DNA of 64,000 nt from Candidatus Carthagonibacter metallireducens. GTDB lineage: Bacteria; Gemmatimonadota; Gemmatimonadetes; Palauibacterales; Palauibacteraceae. The stretch is from positions 1,937 to 65,936 of the forward strand of contig JAMJQQ010000094.1 in NCBI GenBank assembly GCA_023554445.1. Reading direction: 5' to 3'. Position 1 is the first letter of the stretch. Each line of letters begins with the position of its first letter. Below the pieces are notes generated by a model. It was not told the DNA's origin, did no database searches, and was given only the letters and a program-made list of their open reading frames with translations. A program made the position numbers and the translations under genes. Of the stretch, positions 27,703 to 37,526 are shown piece after piece.

Positions 27703-29457
27703 ATGAATCGAGTTGCAGGTATCACAGTCCGGCTCGCGCTGAGCTTCGCCGCGGCTCTCGCCGTGTCTCTCACACAGGCAGAGCTGGCAGTCGCGCAGGA
27801 AGGCAACGGCGGCTCCGGAGGCCGGGCGCGCGTCCTCGTTGCGCCGCTGAAGTCCGGGAATGGAGTCAAGAAGGACTTCGGCAAGAAGGTGTCGGAGGAG
27901 GTTCAGGACGATCTCAGGGACTTTCCGACCCTCACGACGATCGAAGAGAAAGTCATCGACGACGAGTTGAAGCGTCTGAAACTGGACAAGGACGACCTCG
28001 GACTTATCCAGTGGCGCCAGCTGGCAGGTCGGCTGGATGCGGACCTCGTCATGTATGGCGAAGTCGCGCGCGGCGGAGCCGGAAATACGCTGAATGTCAG
28101 CTTCGTGGACGCACGAAGCGGCGATGAGCTGGCCGTCCCTCCATTCGCTGTGGCCGGAGACGGCAAGGACGAAGTGCGGGAAGCGGCCGATGTGATCGTC
28201 GAGGCGTTCGAAGGACAGGTGGAGTACCAGCGCGCGGTCCTGTTCTGTCAGGATTACCTCAGTGCCGAACAGTACGAGGATGCGATTCGAAACTGCGACG
28301 AGGCGCTGGCGCGCAATCCGGGATCGAGCACTGCGCATTACCTGCGCGGTCGAGCATACATGGAGATCGAAGACTTCGAGAGTGCCAGGAGCGACCTCGA
28401 AACGGTGATCGAAGAGAACCCTGCCGAGGTTCTGGCGCTGCAATCGCTCGCCTACACCGAGGCCAAGCTCGGCAACACGCAGAGGGCGACAGAGCTCTAC
28501 CGCGAATACTTGAATTTCAATCCGGGTGACGCGAGCGTTCGGATGACGATCGCATACGATCTGGCGCAGGCTGGTGCCTACGATCCGGCGATCGCTCTTC
28601 TCGAGGAGGGCCTCGAGGTCGATCCGGAAAACGCCGAGCTGTGGGAGTATCTCGGTAACGTTTCGCTCAACAAGGGCACGGCATCGGACACCGAGGCCGG
28701 CGACGCGGCCATCACCGACGAGGCTGCGGTCCGGCGAGCTGCCGAATCCTATGACAGGGTACTCGAGATCAAGGGCGAGGAGACCAGCCCCGAGATCCTG
28801 CGCAACGTGATAGCCGCGCACCTCGCTCTCGGGGACTACGAGCAGGCACTCGCGTTCGCCGACCGCGCCCAGGCCAGCCGTCCCGATGATCCGGCCATCT
28901 GGTCGATGAGGGCTGATGTCCTGAACAAGATGGACCGACCGGCCGAAGCGGCCGCTGCGATGGACAGGGTGATCGAACTGGACCCCGCATATCCCAATGC
29001 ACACGCCCGGCGTGGCTTCTTCAAGCTTGCCGCGGGTGATACCGACGCGGCGATCGCGGATCTACGGCTGGCCGTGGGAGAGGGGACCGATGCGGACGCA
29101 GTGGCAGGACAGATGCTGAGCCGTGGCTATAACGACTTCTTCAAGGCCGGACAGTACGGCGATGCGATTCAAATGTTCAAGGTGGGGACCGAATTCGCTC
29201 AGCCAGGTCGGACCCGGGACCAGCTGTACTTCTTCACGGCATACGGCTACTACCAGCAGGGTGTGGCAATCGACGCGGCGAACGAGTCGGCCGAAGCCTG
29301 CGATCCGGCGCGACGGGCGCTGTCGAACTTCGAACAGGTGCTGCCGAATCTGAATCGGGCCGGCAACGAACAGCCGAATGCGCAGACCGAGATCCGCGAG
29401 AGCACCGACGTGTACCTGTATCGCCAGCAGCAGATCATCAAGAAGGCCTGCAAGTAG
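27703..29457 (+). CDS. Secreted tetratricopeptide-repeat (TPR) protein
   Basis: Signal peptide (ALAVSLTQAELAVAQ), then multiple TPR-like helical repeats (…HYLRGRAYMEIEDFESARSDLE…, …LAYTEAKLGN…). 584 aa. Confidence 0.7.
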   Translation: MNRVAGITVRLALSFAAALAVSLTQAELAVAQEGNGGSGGRARVLVAPLKSGNGVKKDFGKKVSEEVQDDLRDFPTLTTIEEKVIDDELKRLKLDKDDLGLIQWRQLAGRLDADLVMYGEVARGGAGNTLNVSFVDARSGDELAVPPFAVAGDGKDEVREAADVIVEAFEGQVEYQRAVLFCQDYLSAEQYEDAIRNCDEALARNPGSSTAHYLRGRAYMEIEDFESARSDLETVIEENPAEVLALQSLAYTEAKLGNTQRATELYREYLNFNPGDASVRMTIAYDLAQAGAYDPAIALLEEGLEVDPENAELWEYLGNVSLNKGTASDTEAGDAAITDEAAVRRAAESYDRVLEIKGEETSPEILRNVIAAHLALGDYEQALAFADRAQASRPDDPAIWSMRADVLNKMDRPAEAAAAMDRVIELDPAYPNAHARRGFFKLAAGDTDAAIADLRLAVGEGTDADAVAGQMLSRGYNDFFKAGQYGDAIQMFKVGTEFAQPGRTRDQLYFFTAYGYYQQGVAIDAANESAEACDPARRALSNFEQVLPNLNRAGNEQPNAQTEIRESTDVYLYRQQQIIKKACK

Positions 29458-29542
29458 GCGGCCGGGTCCGGCGAATCCGCCGGTTCCTGACGCGTACTGA
29501 GCGAGGGGAAGACACTCCCGTCCCACGCCTCGCCTGATTCTG

Positions 29543-29582
29543 ACGCCCGCCGGGATGAGTTCCCGGCGGGCGTTTCTTCGTT
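29543..29582 (+). terminator. Rho-independent terminator after the TPR gene, upstream of the dcw cluster
   Basis: acgcccgccggga-tgagt-tcccggcgggcgt followed by ttcttcgtt. Confidence 0.55.
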
Positions 29583-29661
29583 GGTGGACTCGATTTCCGT
29601 ACATGTGCCTGAGGTGAAATCCGACTCTCCGAGCCTTGTTTCAACGGCTCTGAGTGCGGGG

Positions 29662-29690
29662 TTGCGTGTCCCTCACTTCACACATACAAT
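29662..29690 (+). promoter_or_regulatory. Pmra-like sigma-70 promoter upstream of mraZ
   Basis: TTGCGT at 29662-29667, a 17-nt spacer, then TACAAT at 29685-29690. Confidence 0.5.
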
Positions 29691-29724
29691 GGGGTGCAGT
29701 GGGGATAAGTGGGAAACTGTGGGG
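29690..29724 (+). promoter_or_regulatory. Putative MraZ operator: four direct TGGGG/TGGGA repeats with exact 10-bp phasing
   Basis: aTGGGGtgcagTGGGGataagTGGGAaactgTGGGGa. Repeats begin at 29690, 29700, 29710 and 29720, immediately downstream of the -10 element. A further gTGGGc lies at 29755. Confidence 0.5.
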
Positions 29725-29753
29725 ATTTCTCACATCTGCTGGAACGGAGCTAA

Positions 29754-30188
29754 GTGGGCGGCTTTCTCGGTAGTTACCTGTATCAGGTTGATGAGAAGGG
29801 TCGCGTGACTCTCCCTGCGGCCTTTCGGAAGGGTCGCGACGAGCTCGCGCCTTTCGTCCTGATCAAGGTTCATTCCGATGCTCTCACGCTCTATCCGGAA
29901 GAGAACTGGCTCGACGTCGAGGTCCGACTCCGGGAGTACGCGCGACGGACGCCGAGGGCGCGCCACTACGCGCTGGGGCTGACCTCGAACGCGACAGAGC
30001 TGACGCCGGACCGGCAGGGGCGGATCCTGATTCCCGAACGTCTGCGAGAAGTCGCAGGGATCACCGAAGAGGCGATGCTCGTCGGGGCGCTGGACAAGAT
30101 CGAGATCTGGAATCCGCAACGATTCGAGACATCGATCGGCGGTGCGGACGATGAGCTCGGCGAGATGTTCGCCGGCATCTTCGCCTGA
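29754..30188 (+). CDS. mraZ: Transcriptional regulator MraZ
   Basis: Two SpoVT-AbrB-like halves, each with a DxxxR motif (DEKGRVTLP, DRQGRILIP). First gene of the dcw cluster. Confidence 0.85.
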   Translation: MGGFLGSYLYQVDEKGRVTLPAAFRKGRDELAPFVLIKVHSDALTLYPEENWLDVEVRLREYARRTPRARHYALGLTSNATELTPDRQGRILIPERLREVAGITEEAMLVGALDKIEIWNPQRFETSIGGADDELGEMFAGIFA

Positions 30189-30212
30189 TCCGCGTCGCGA
30201 GAGGCGAATCCG

Positions 30213-31154
30213 TTGGTCGCGGATGACTTCTCGCACGAACCGGTTCTCGCGGAGGAAGTGCTCGAGCTTCTCGAGCCAGGACGCGGCGGGACTTTCCTCG
30301 ACGCGACGATTGGCGGGGCCGGGCACGCCGAGCGGATCCTCGAGTCGGACCCGTCGGTCCGGCTGATCGGACTGGATCGGGATCCGGACGCTCTGGCGGC
30401 GGCAGCACGACGGCTCGGTGTCCGGGGGGACCGGGCCTCGTTGATACGGGGAAATTTCAGGAACGCGCCCGAACTGGTCGCCGAACTCAGTAGCGAGGGC
30501 GATCTGGCAGGCGCACTGCTCGACCTGGGGGTTTCGTCACACCAGATAGATACGACGGCACGCGGGTTCTCCTTTCGCCGAGGCACACCGTTGAACATGC
30601 GGATGGGCGGGACAACCGGCGGAGGGAGGACCGCGGCCGAAATTCTGAACACGGAGTCGGAGGAACGGCTCGGAATTCTGTTCCGGGATTACGGAGAGGA
30701 ACGCCGCTGGAGAGCGATGGCCCGAGAGATCGTCCGCCGGAGAAGCACGGCGCCGTTCCGGACGGCAGATGATCTGGTCGGCGTGTTCACGGCGGTGCTC
30801 GGTCCCGGGCTCGATGCAAGCACGAAGGCGCGACTCTTCCAGGCCCTGAGAATCGAGGTCAACGACGAGATGACGGCCCTGCAGGAGGCTCTGATCGGGA
30901 TTCGAGGCCTGCTCGCCTCCGGGGGGCGTTTCGTCGTGATCGCATATCACTCGCTCGAGGACAGAATCGTCAAGAACGCATTCCGCGACTGGAGTCGGGA
31001 GTGCGTCTGCCCCCCTCAGTTGCCCGTCTGCCGATGTCGTGGGGTCGCTCTCGGTCACCTTCTGACCCGCAAGCCCGTGCGTCCGCGGCAGGCTGAAGTG
31101 GAGCGGAATCCGCGAGCCCGAAGCGCCCGATTGCGGGCCTGGGAGAAGGCATGA
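30213..31154 (+). CDS. rsmH: 16S rRNA (cytosine1402-N4)-methyltransferase RsmH (MraW)
   Basis: HEPVL…DATIGGAGHA…SAM-binding motifs. LDLGVSSHQID signature. Confidence 0.9.
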   Translation: MVADDFSHEPVLAEEVLELLEPGRGGTFLDATIGGAGHAERILESDPSVRLIGLDRDPDALAAAARRLGVRGDRASLIRGNFRNAPELVAELSSEGDLAGALLDLGVSSHQIDTTARGFSFRRGTPLNMRMGGTTGGGRTAAEILNTESEERLGILFRDYGEERRWRAMAREIVRRRSTAPFRTADDLVGVFTAVLGPGLDASTKARLFQALRIEVNDEMTALQEALIGIRGLLASGGRFVVIAYHSLEDRIVKNAFRDWSRECVCPPQLPVCRCRGVALGHLLTRKPVRPRQAEVERNPRARSARLRAWEKA

Positions 31155-31483
31155 TGGGCCGATCGGCAGGATCGCCACGGGGCGCGCGCCGACGTCGAGC
31201 CGTGATTCTCGCCGTGGCCGCGCTGGTCCTCGCCCTCGGCGTTTCGGTGCGCCGCAGCGTGCAAGGAACTCAAATCGCCGCAGAGCTGGCCGAGCTGCAG
31301 CGAGAGGAGCGGGCCCTGCACGCGCAATCGATGGAAGAGTGGCTTCGTGTGGACTCGCTGGAGTCGCGTGAACGAATACTCGAATCAGCCGTAAGGCTGG
31401 GCCTCCGGCCGTCACACGAGGGCGAGATTCTCTATCTGCCCGATGTGACTGCACCTTCTGGCGTTGGGAGTGCGGCCCGATGA
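31151..31483 (+). CDS. ftsL: Cell-division protein FtsL-like (single transmembrane segment plus coiled coil)
   Basis: 110 aa. Arg-rich N-terminus, one transmembrane helix (AVILAVAALVLALGV), then a heptad-like region. Position between rsmH and ftsI. Overlaps both neighbours by 4 nt. Confidence 0.6.
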   Translation: MMGRSAGSPRGARRRRAVILAVAALVLALGVSVRRSVQGTQIAAELAELQREERALHAQSMEEWLRVDSLESRERILESAVRLGLRPSHEGEILYLPDVTAPSGVGSAAR

Positions 31484-33534
31484 AGCCCGTCAAGAGCCCG
31501 GTGTCAAAGCGACACACGCGTCGCTGTCGATTCATGTCGCTCACGGTTGCAGTGACCGCGATCGGCATGACGGCTCGTGCCGCGCAGATCCAGTTGCTCC
31601 AGGCCGACAGGTGGCGGCAGAAATCAGAGATCCAGACCGAGACTCACGATACTCTGCCAGCGGCCCGTGGAGGTGTATTCGATCGACACGGAAGACCTCT
31701 CGCAGTGTCGCTCGAGGCTTTCGACGCCTTCTTCGCGGCTGCGGAGAGCGACGACCGGGAAGGAGCCGTGGAGCAGATCGCGGCCATCGTCGACCTGGAC
31801 TCCCGATCGGAACGGCGACTTCGCGCGGCTACCGGAGGCTGGACGTCGATAGGGCGAGTAGATGGAAGGATCCGAGCATTGCTCGAGGAGACCATCGGGT
31901 CCGGCGTGCACTTCACGCCCGTGGTCACGCGTGCCTATCCCGAGGGCGATCTGGCTCGAACTCTGCTCGGAAGCGTCAACGAGAATGGACGAGGTCGCTC
32001 GGGTCTCGAATTGCTGTTCGACAGCCTGCTCGTCGGCACGGAGGGACGAGCAGTGTGGAAGGTCGACGCTCGCGGTGAGCGCTATCCGGTGCCCGAGGCC
32101 GGTCGTTCGCTGCCGCGTCCGGGTCGTGACGTCTATCTCACCATCGATCTCGAGCTCCAGGCAATTGCCGAGCAGGCGCTGGAGCGTGCGCTCGCGGAAA
32201 CCGGTTCCTCGGGCGGTGACGTGCTCATGGTGGATCCGCGAACCGGTGAATTGCTGGCAGTAGCCAGCCGCCGGGGAGACCGGAATTTCGGAATTCCCGC
32301 CTTCACCGATCCGTACGAGCCCGGATCCACCGTGAAGCCGTTCCTGATCGCGACTCTGCTCGAGGAAGAGCTGGCGACCCTGGACGACCGGGTGGATGTC
32401 GAGAACGGTGAGTGGCGAACCGCGCACCGCACCATTCGCGACGTGCATGGCTACGATTCCCTGTCGGTTGCAGAGGTGCTTCTCCACTCCAGCAACATCG
32501 GCGCGGCCAAGCTGGCCGCGCGGCTGGATCGCGGCCTGCAGTACGCCTATCTCCGCGACTTCGGATTCGGAACGCCGACCGGCGTCCGGGTACCGTCGGA
32601 ATCCGCCGGCCTCCTGCGTCGCCCCGGCGAATGGTCGGCCGTCAGCCAGGCCTCTCTCGCCTTCGGATACGAGATCCTGACCACCTCGCTGCAGCTGGCG
32701 GTGGCGTACGGGGCCCTGGCCAACGGCGGCATTCTCATGCGTCCGTCCCTGATTCGGGAGGTCAGGTCTCCTGAAGGTGAGGCGACCTGGCGATCCGAGC
32801 CCGAAGCGGTTCGCCGGGTGATCCGGGAGGATGTCGCGGATCAGGTTACCCGGGTCCTCACCTGGGTGGTGAGCGAAGAGGGCACCGGTCACAGGGCGGC
32901 GTTGCAGACCATACCCATAGCCGGCAAGACAGGCACGGCCCGGATCGCATCGAATGGTGGGTACGCCGAAAGGCGTTACGCGGCTTCGTTTGTCGGATTC
33001 GCGCCCGCCGACGACCCGAAGCTGGTGATCCTCACGAAGCTCGAAGATCCGAAAGGTCAGTACTACGGGGGTGGGATCGCCGCTCCGGTGAGTCGCGGGG
33101 TTCTCCAGGCAATGCTCGCCGGAGAAGACGCAGGCCTGCTCGACGATACGCGCGAAACCGCCGGATCAGCCTCGTTCGCGGCTTCCGGAATTCTCGGCCT
33201 GAACTGGCTGCGCCCCGGCGACTCGGCCGCTCCGCAAGGCGATCATGGCGCCCGGGATCGTCGGTCCCCAAGCGGGGCTTCGTCTCCATCGGTATTCCGC
33301 TTCGCTACCAATGGTGGCGGCAACGGCGCGCGTCACGTACCCGGGTTCGCCGACGAGCGAGAATCCGATGATGTAATCGTTCCGGATGTGGTCGGAATGG
33401 ACCTGAGGGCAGCGGTCGGTAGGCTCTACAGGGTCGGGCTGGACGTGGAATTGTACGGAAGCGGTGAAGTGGTCGAACAGATTCCGGCACCCGGAACCAA
33501 AGCGGTGCGGGGTGCCAGTGTCATTCTCCGCTGA
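31480..33534 (+). CDS. ftsI: Peptidoglycan D,D-transpeptidase FtsI (class B PBP) with a C-terminal PASTA domain
   Basis: Transmembrane anchor, dimerisation domain, transpeptidase motifs (STVKP, SSN, KTGT). The last ~60 aa form a PASTA-like fold (VPDVVGMDLRAAVGRLYRVGLDVELYGSGEVVEQIPAPGTKAVRGASVIL). Confidence 0.9.
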   Translation: MKPVKSPVSKRHTRRCRFMSLTVAVTAIGMTARAAQIQLLQADRWRQKSEIQTETHDTLPAARGGVFDRHGRPLAVSLEAFDAFFAAAESDDREGAVEQIAAIVDLDSRSERRLRAATGGWTSIGRVDGRIRALLEETIGSGVHFTPVVTRAYPEGDLARTLLGSVNENGRGRSGLELLFDSLLVGTEGRAVWKVDARGERYPVPEAGRSLPRPGRDVYLTIDLELQAIAEQALERALAETGSSGGDVLMVDPRTGELLAVASRRGDRNFGIPAFTDPYEPGSTVKPFLIATLLEEELATLDDRVDVENGEWRTAHRTIRDVHGYDSLSVAEVLLHSSNIGAAKLAARLDRGLQYAYLRDFGFGTPTGVRVPSESAGLLRRPGEWSAVSQASLAFGYEILTTSLQLAVAYGALANGGILMRPSLIREVRSPEGEATWRSEPEAVRRVIREDVADQVTRVLTWVVSEEGTGHRAALQTIPIAGKTGTARIASNGGYAERRYAASFVGFAPADDPKLVILTKLEDPKGQYYGGGIAAPVSRGVLQAMLAGEDAGLLDDTRETAGSASFAASGILGLNWLRPGDSAAPQGDHGARDRRSPSGASSPSVFRFATNGGGNGARHVPGFADERESDDVIVPDVVGMDLRAAVGRLYRVGLDVELYGSGEVVEQIPAPGTKAVRGASVILR

Positions 33535-35053
33535 GACGGATTCCCAGCGGATCAGCGGGACGGGAGGACCGTGCAGGACGCAGCAGGTGATCGGTAGCGC
33601 CAGGGTGGAGCGAAGGCTCCATGAAGCGGGTCTGGAAGTGACCCGGGAGGGTACTCCGCCGCCCGGCTTCACGGCGCTTCGAATCGACTCCCGTCTCGTA
33701 ACGCCGGGCGATCTGTTCTGCGCAATTCGAGGCACCCGGGTGGACGGGCACTCGTTCCTCGATCGGGTGGCGGCTGCGGGTGCGGCGGGCGCGGTCGTCG
33801 AGCTGGCGGGAGGCGCGAGCAGTCTCCCCCGCTTCGTGGTATCTGACAGCCGCATTGCAGCCTCCCACCTGGCCGAACTGTTTCAGGGCGACCCGGCGCG
33901 CCGCCTCACGATCGCTGGAATTACCGGCACCAACGGCAAGACGACCACGGCGCTTCTGCTCCGGCATCTCACCTCCCACAGGATGGCGAGTGCCGCGGTT
34001 GGTACGCTCGGGACGCTCCATCCGGACGGTCGCCTCGAGGAGGGCCGGCTGACTACGCCCGATGCGCTGGGACTCTCGGCTACCCTTCGGGCCCTGCTGG
34101 ACGAGGGCGCCCGTTTCGTGGCGATGGAGGTCTCCTCGCACGCTCTCGAGCAGCACCGCGCGGATGCGATACCTCTCGCGGTGGCAGTATTCACCAACCT
34201 GACTCGCGATCACCTCGACTATCACGTCGACATGAGAGCTTACCGCGAGGCCAAGCTGCGTCTCATCGAGCTCCTCGGGCAGGATGGCGGGTGCGCCGTG
34301 AACGCGGACGAGCCGGCCTGGAACTCGGAGGCGTTCGGCAGTGCGCAGGTTCTGCGGTACGGCTTCGATGCGACGGCCGATGTGCGCGCTGAAGACCCCC
34401 GGTTCTCAGCCGGAGGGAGCGAATGGGATCTGGTCACCCCCTCGGGCCGATCCGAGGTACGGCTGCCGCTGCTCGGTTCCTTCAACATCTCCAACGCACT
34501 CGCCGCCGCGGCGGCAGCGCATCTGCTGGGCCTCGACGCCACCGAGATCGCGCTCGGTCTCTCCGCGGCTCCCCAGGTGCCGGGGCGTATGGAGGTGCTC
34601 GTTCGCAGGCCTGCGCTCGTCGTTCGCGACTACGCCCACACGCCGGATGCCCTCGAGCGTGCGCTCGAGGCGCTCCGACCCTCGATCCGCGGTCGCCTGA
34701 TCGTGGTGTTCGGCTGTGGCGGCGACAGAGATGCGGGCAAGCGTCCGGCAATGGGTCGAATCGGAGTCGAAGGCTCGGATTACGCGGTCATCACTTCCGA
34801 CAATCCCCGCACGGAAGACCCTGCGGCAATCATCCACGATACCATCGCCGGGCTGCAAGCCGGTGCGTGGGAGGCAATCGTCGACAGGCGCGAGGCGATC
34901 CGCACAGCTCTGGAAATGGCTGAGGCGAACGACGGAATACTCCTCGCCGGAAAGGGACACGAGACCTACCAGGAAGTGGGAGAGGAGCGTCTGCCCTTCG
35001 ATGAAGCCGTGGTGGTCGCGGACCTGCTGGCGCAGAGGGAACGGAAACGATGA
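33512..35053 (+). CDS. murE: UDP-N-acetylmuramoyl-L-alanyl-D-glutamate--2,6-diaminopimelate ligase
   Basis: Mur ligase P-loop GITGTNGKTTT. Position in the dcw cluster. GTG start approximate (33512 or 33518); overlaps the ftsI 3' end. Confidence 0.85.
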   Translation: MPVSFSAETDSQRISGTGGPCRTQQVIGSARVERRLHEAGLEVTREGTPPPGFTALRIDSRLVTPGDLFCAIRGTRVDGHSFLDRVAAAGAAGAVVELAGGASSLPRFVVSDSRIAASHLAELFQGDPARRLTIAGITGTNGKTTTALLLRHLTSHRMASAAVGTLGTLHPDGRLEEGRLTTPDALGLSATLRALLDEGARFVAMEVSSHALEQHRADAIPLAVAVFTNLTRDHLDYHVDMRAYREAKLRLIELLGQDGGCAVNADEPAWNSEAFGSAQVLRYGFDATADVRAEDPRFSAGGSEWDLVTPSGRSEVRLPLLGSFNISNALAAAAAAHLLGLDATEIALGLSAAPQVPGRMEVLVRRPALVVRDYAHTPDALERALEALRPSIRGRLIVVFGCGGDRDAGKRPAMGRIGVEGSDYAVITSDNPRTEDPAAIIHDTIAGLQAGAWEAIVDRREAIRTALEMAEANDGILLAGKGHETYQEVGEERLPFDEAVVVADLLAQRERKR

Positions 35054-36420
35054 GCGCCCAGTTCGACGGACACGAAATCCGCCGCGCGCTCGGCTTGCCG
35101 GGTTCCTCTCAACGAGTGCGGTTCGGCTCAGTGTCTACCGACACGCGTCAACTCAAGAAAGGAGCCCTGTTCGTAGCGCTTTCGGGTGATCGCTTCGACG
35201 GCTTCGATTACCTCGAACGGGCGGCCAGGAAGGGTGCCCTGGGAGCGGTGGTGCAGGAGGGTCGTGAGCTGCCGCCGCTGGACCTGGAGTGGTTTCCGGT
35301 GCCCGACACGACAAGAGCGCTCGGTGACCTCGCCCGACTGTACCGTCGTCGATGTGCCGCGCGGGTGGTCGGAGTGACCGGCAGCAGCGGCAAGACGACC
35401 GTGAAGGAAATGCTGGCGTGCGCGATCGGTGGCGAACGCCGGGTCCATGCGACCGAGGGCAATTTCAACAACCTCATCGGCGTGCCGCTCACGGTACTCG
35501 CCGCGCCTCCCGATGCGGAAGTCTGGGTCCTCGAGATGGGCAGCAACGCCCCGGGCGAGATTGCGCGTCTGGCCGCCATAGCCGAGCCCGACGATGCTCT
35601 GATCACCACGATCGGTCCGGCGCACCTCGAAGGCTTCGGCGATGAATCGGGTGTGCTCCGCGAAAAGCTCGCCCTGGTTCGCGCCGCGCGCCCGGCGGGC
35701 AGTGTGGTCGTAGGCGAAAAGCCGTCATTGCTCGGTCGGTCCGCGCGGGAGATCCGTGCTGATGCCAGGGTCGCGGGGCTCGACGACGATGCGGACTGGC
35801 GGCCCGACCGTTGGGGTATCGACGCGACGACCTGCTGGTTCGAGCGCGGTGGCACGAGGTACGTCGTGCCCGCCGGGGGAGAGCACCACCTGAGGGATGC
35901 GATTCTCGCGGCTGCCATGGCAGAGGCGATCGGCGTCTCCTCGGCCGGCGTGTCCGGAGGTATCGCACAGTACCGACCCGTCGGGATGCGGGGCGCACTC
36001 CGCCAGCTGGGTGAGCTCACGATCGTTGCCGACTGCTACAACGCCAACCCGGAGTCGTTCGCGGCGGCGATCGACTACTGCGTGAAGGCGTTTCCCGGAC
36101 GGCGACTGGCGGCCGTCGTCGGCTCGATGCTCGAACTCGGTGCGCATTCGAATCTGGCGCACGAGGAAGTGGCGCGATCGCTGGTGGAGGCGGGGTTCGC
36201 TCAGGTAGTGGCGCTCGGGGACTTCGGCCCCGCCTTCGAGCGCCTGTCTGCAGCGGCGAATGGCACACGGGTCGAGCGCGCGAGCAGCGCTGCCTCGGCC
36301 GTCGAGGCGATCGCGGCCCGATTGACGGGCGACGAAGTGATCCTCGTCAAGGCATCGCGAGGGGAGCGACTGGAACGAGTCATCGATGGGCTGGAAGCCC
36401 GGTTCGGCGAGGGAAGCTGA
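35050..36420 (+). CDS. murF: UDP-N-acetylmuramoyl-tripeptide--D-alanyl-D-alanine ligase
   Basis: P-loop GVTGSSGKTT. Mur ligase C-terminal domain. Overlaps the murE stop by 4 nt. Confidence 0.85.
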   Translation: MSAQFDGHEIRRALGLPGSSQRVRFGSVSTDTRQLKKGALFVALSGDRFDGFDYLERAARKGALGAVVQEGRELPPLDLEWFPVPDTTRALGDLARLYRRRCAARVVGVTGSSGKTTVKEMLACAIGGERRVHATEGNFNNLIGVPLTVLAAPPDAEVWVLEMGSNAPGEIARLAAIAEPDDALITTIGPAHLEGFGDESGVLREKLALVRAARPAGSVVVGEKPSLLGRSAREIRADARVAGLDDDADWRPDRWGIDATTCWFERGGTRYVVPAGGEHHLRDAILAAAMAEAIGVSSAGVSGGIAQYRPVGMRGALRQLGELTIVADCYNANPESFAAAIDYCVKAFPGRRLAAVVGSMLELGAHSNLAHEEVARSLVEAGFAQVVALGDFGPAFERLSAAANGTRVERASSAASAVEAIAARLTGDEVILVKASRGERLERVIDGLEARFGEGS

Positions 36421-37526
36421 TGCTGTATCACTTCCTGTTTCCGCTCGCGGATCGGCACATACTGTTCAACCTGTTTCAGTACATCTCTTTCCGAGCCGCG
36501 GGCGCGATGGTGACGGCGCTGCTGGTCTGCTTCGTCGCCGGGCCGCCCATCATCCGACGGCTGGAAGCGCGAAGTCTCGGACAAATCGTCCGCCTGGACG
36601 GTCCGAAGACGCACCGACGGAAGCAGGGGACGCCCACCATGGGTGGGCTTATCATGCTGGTGGCTCTCACCGTTTCCACGTTGCTGTGGGCTCGCTTCGA
36701 CGGCTGGTCGGTGATCGCGGCGCTCGGGATGACGCTCGGAATGGGCGCGATCGGATTCACCGATGACTGGCTCAAGATCGTCCGGCACGAGTCGAGGGGC
36801 CTGATTGCCCGCCACAAACTGGTCTGGCAATTCGCGCTCGGGCTCGCTTTCGGGGCGTTGCTTCTCGTGAGCGCTCCAGAATCGCGGGAGGTAACGCATC
36901 GCCTCGTCCCCTTCTTCAAGAATGTGCATCTCGTATTCGCCCCGGTGGTCTTCCCCCTGTTCGCGGCCTGTGTGGTCGCCGGAAGCGCGAATGCGGTCAA
37001 CCTGACGGATGGTCTGGACGGACTCGCGGCAGGCCTGTCGGCCATCGCTTCGCTGACATTCGGGGTCTTCGCCTACGTAATGGGCCGCGTCGACACTTCG
37101 TTCTATCTCGGTCTTCCGTATCTGCCGGACGCAGGAGAATTGACCGTGTTCTGCGTGGCGGTCTCGGGGGCAGCGATCGGCTTTCTCTGGTTCAATGCGC
37201 CTCCCGCGACCGTCTTCATGGGCGATACCGGCTCGCTCGCGCTGGGTGGGGCGATCGGGACCGTGGCCGTGCTGCTGAAATCCGAGCTGCTTCTGATCAT
37301 CGTAGGCGGGATCTTCGTGGCCGAGGCGCTATCCGTGATGGTGCAGACCGGCGGCTTCAAGCTCACGCGCTGGCGGACGGGTACCGGACGACGCGTCTTC
37401 CGGATGGCTCCGCTCCATCACCACTTCGAGCAGCTCGGTTGGCCTGAGACGAGAGTGGTGATCCGCTTCTACATCGTGGCGATCATCTTCGCCCTCGCGG
37501 CGCTCGCTACCATGAAGGTCCGCTGA
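36420..37526 (+). CDS. mraY: Phospho-N-acetylmuramoyl-pentapeptide transferase
   Basis: Ten transmembrane helices. Conserved DD/DxxD and …NAVNLTDGLDGLA… motifs. Confidence 0.9.
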   Translation: MLYHFLFPLADRHILFNLFQYISFRAAGAMVTALLVCFVAGPPIIRRLEARSLGQIVRLDGPKTHRRKQGTPTMGGLIMLVALTVSTLLWARFDGWSVIAALGMTLGMGAIGFTDDWLKIVRHESRGLIARHKLVWQFALGLAFGALLLVSAPESREVTHRLVPFFKNVHLVFAPVVFPLFAACVVAGSANAVNLTDGLDGLAAGLSAIASLTFGVFAYVMGRVDTSFYLGLPYLPDAGELTVFCVAVSGAAIGFLWFNAPPATVFMGDTGSLALGGAIGTVAVLLKSELLLIIVGGIFVAEALSVMVQTGGFKLTRWRTGTGRRVFRMAPLHHHFEQLGWPETRVVIRFYIVAIIFALAALATMKVR

